This document shows, one piece after another, positions 61,931 to 64,000 of a DNA stretch of 64,000 bases. The position numbers and the translations under genes are program-made. Numbering within the stretch: position 1 is the first letter of the stretch; each line of letters begins with the position of its first letter. Source of the DNA: Octopus sinensis. Lineage: Eukaryota. The notes under the pieces are model-generated. The model saw only the letters and a list, made by a program, of their open reading frames with translations. It made no database searches and had not been told where the DNA came from. The stretch covers positions 14,508,001 through 14,572,000 of the forward strand of contig NC_043012.1 of the NCBI RefSeq assembly GCF_006345805.1, given 5' to 3'.

Positions 61931-64000
61931 TGAGAAATGAATGGTTGCTGTAGGTAAAAATGGTGATAGCGATGATGTATTTGTTGTTTATGTGGGTTTA
62001 GCGTTGTTTGGGGTTTGATGTGAAGTTGTTTGATATTTCTCTTTTTTTTTTTTTTGTCCTTTCGTGGCCCTTCCTCATCAGCTGAGGTATGAGCGCAAAC
62101 TTCGTCTCGAACGGGGACAAGGGCATGTTTTCTTGTGTATGTCCGTGTCTGTGTATGTAGGAGGGAGAATAATAAGGCTATAGAGGAGAGAGTATTGGGT
62201 TGGGATGTCTCCTGTGTAATGCTTAGCGACATTTCGTCCCTCTTTTACACGAACGTTTTTGGCCTTAAGCCAGAATTTGAAAGCATTATTTTCCACCACC
62301 TTAAGTCGTCGATTTGGCAGAATCGTTAGCCGCCGAACAAACAGCTGAGCAGTTTTTCGTCTGTCTTCATGTTCTGAGTTCAAATTCCGTGGAGTTTGAC
62401 TTTGCCTTTCATCCTTTCGGGGTCAATGAAATAAATATCTATCAAATACTGGAATTGATGTATTCGACTTCCTTCTCCCTTCAAAAACTGCTGGCCCTGT
62501 GCCAAAATTTGAAACCGTTATTTTCCACCAACTCGAAGAAATGCCGCGACTGAGACTCGTTGCTGTAAATTAGATGAAAGTGATTCTACAAACTAAATGA
62601 AAGAACAAACGAAAGAAATCTTCAAAGTATTCTTTGACAGACTGACGACTGTTGACAATTTTAGCTGCTCAAAAATTTATGATTGTAAATACTTGCAGAA
62701 AAGCCTGACAAGTTACCAGCTTAGAGAAATCATAATGTAAGCACAAAAGACATCTTGAATCTGTAATGGTTATTCGATCCACTACTATGTTCGCTTTAAC
62801 CTGCTGTGTGACGGGTAGGTCCATCTGGCGTTAACTAATCCTCTCTACTCAATTAACTAGATCCAAATTTGAATTTGGATTTAATTAATTTGGATGCAGT
62901 TAATCTCTAAGACGAGAGTGAAGTCTTATAGTTAGACTTGTAATTGAATTTGAATAGCAAGCAAAATTTGCCGGAAACTTCTAAAGTGTTGATATTCATA
63001 GAATTGATGACAAATCAAATTTTATATCTTAACACAATGTATAGAATCGAATCATACCAGAATATCTTTGAAAATGAATAAAACAAAAAAAAAAACAAAG
63101 TTTATTATATTATTCCACATTTTCCGAGAATTAAAAGAATAGTTGGTATCTGAAAATTGCAACATGCGTAAAACTATACTGTAAATACAGCAAAATTGAA
63201 AATCATATTATAAACCAGCTATGCTTTAAATAAATAAATAAATAAATAAATAACAATGCTTTATACTTTAAACCAAATTAGAAAATCAAATTCCAAAAGA
63301 GTCATAAAATCGATTCGCTCAGCTACACATGAAAATCAAAAATAGAAAGCAGTGACAATCCAGAAAAAGACATGACAATCAAACCATCAAAACAATGAAA
63401 TAACGATGTAGTTTGTATCGATTTCTTTAGTTTATTGATAGGAGAAAATGCATGATAATGCTCACAAAGAGAAAGTATAAATTATTAAATAAAAATACAA
63501 GTAAAACAGAGGTTTAAGACAACGAAATCTGATACAATTTTGATAAAATTACCTGCGTTCGGATTTAGGGTTCTTTTTTTTTCTGCATTGAATGTTATCA
63601 ACATGAGGGGTTTTTTTTTTTTTTAATATATTGATCAGATTAGTGCAGTGGAATGTTAAACAGGCTCGGGTCACGGATTAAATGCCTTCTAACATTTAAT
63701 GACTTCCTTTCGAGGTTGACATCCCGAGTACCGACGTCATTTTCATCGACCATGTCCTTCTTCACAATCTGTTACCGACCGATATGATTAGTAATCAATA
63801 TATTAATCAGATGAGGATGATAGAATCGAAGCCAGTGTTTTTTTTTCTGTATCTTCTCTTCAAACGTTCCCATTTGGCAAAATTGAAAGAATGCCAAAAA
63901 TACTTTCCTATATTTAATTACGATCTTCATTGTTATGAGGAAGTTAAATTCATGAAGACATTGAAATACTTTTTCCATTTTTTCATCCGTCTGGCATTTA

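Noticed and set aside
62050-62085. CUGAUGAGG...CCACGAAA on the - strand
   Set aside because: Only a 2-bp stem II with extra bases, and no stem I or stem III.
63660-63790. - strand frame IVKKDMVDENDVGTRDVNLERK
   Set aside because: Weak acceptor, short, and no supporting motif.

Overview
AT-rich, microsatellite- and SINE-dense animal genomic DNA with one 100-N gap (33553-33652). The composition and SINE families suggest an octopus (inference, no database check). Almost all ORF-track entries are microsatellite or repeat artefacts. Real coding content is six + strand exons (24091-49986) of a multi-exon cadherin-superfamily gene, built from a duplicated 4-exon/3-repeat module. It has a probable GC-AG intron, a 1-nt frameshift in one exon and an apparently Ca2+-free linker; its 5' and 3' exons were not found. 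One isolated acidic candidate exon lies on the - strand (2663-2766). Mobile DNA comprises three abundant tRNA-SINE groups, two mariner remnants, RTE, CR1 and R4/Dong LINE fragments, a Penelope GIY-YIG fragment and many hairpin/foldback elements. The most striking signal is about a dozen minimal type-I hammerhead-ribozyme (HHR)-like motifs from at least five repeat families. They include (i) a tRNA-headed, HHR-tailed unit joined once to the end of a Penelope endonuclease ORF and also present as solo copies, (ii) a G3-C8 core-swapped hammerhead, (iii) a family with U at core position 6, (iv) a tandem 161-bp HHR repeat and (v) two palindromes of inverted HHR pairs. All ribozyme calls are folded by eye and activity is untested.
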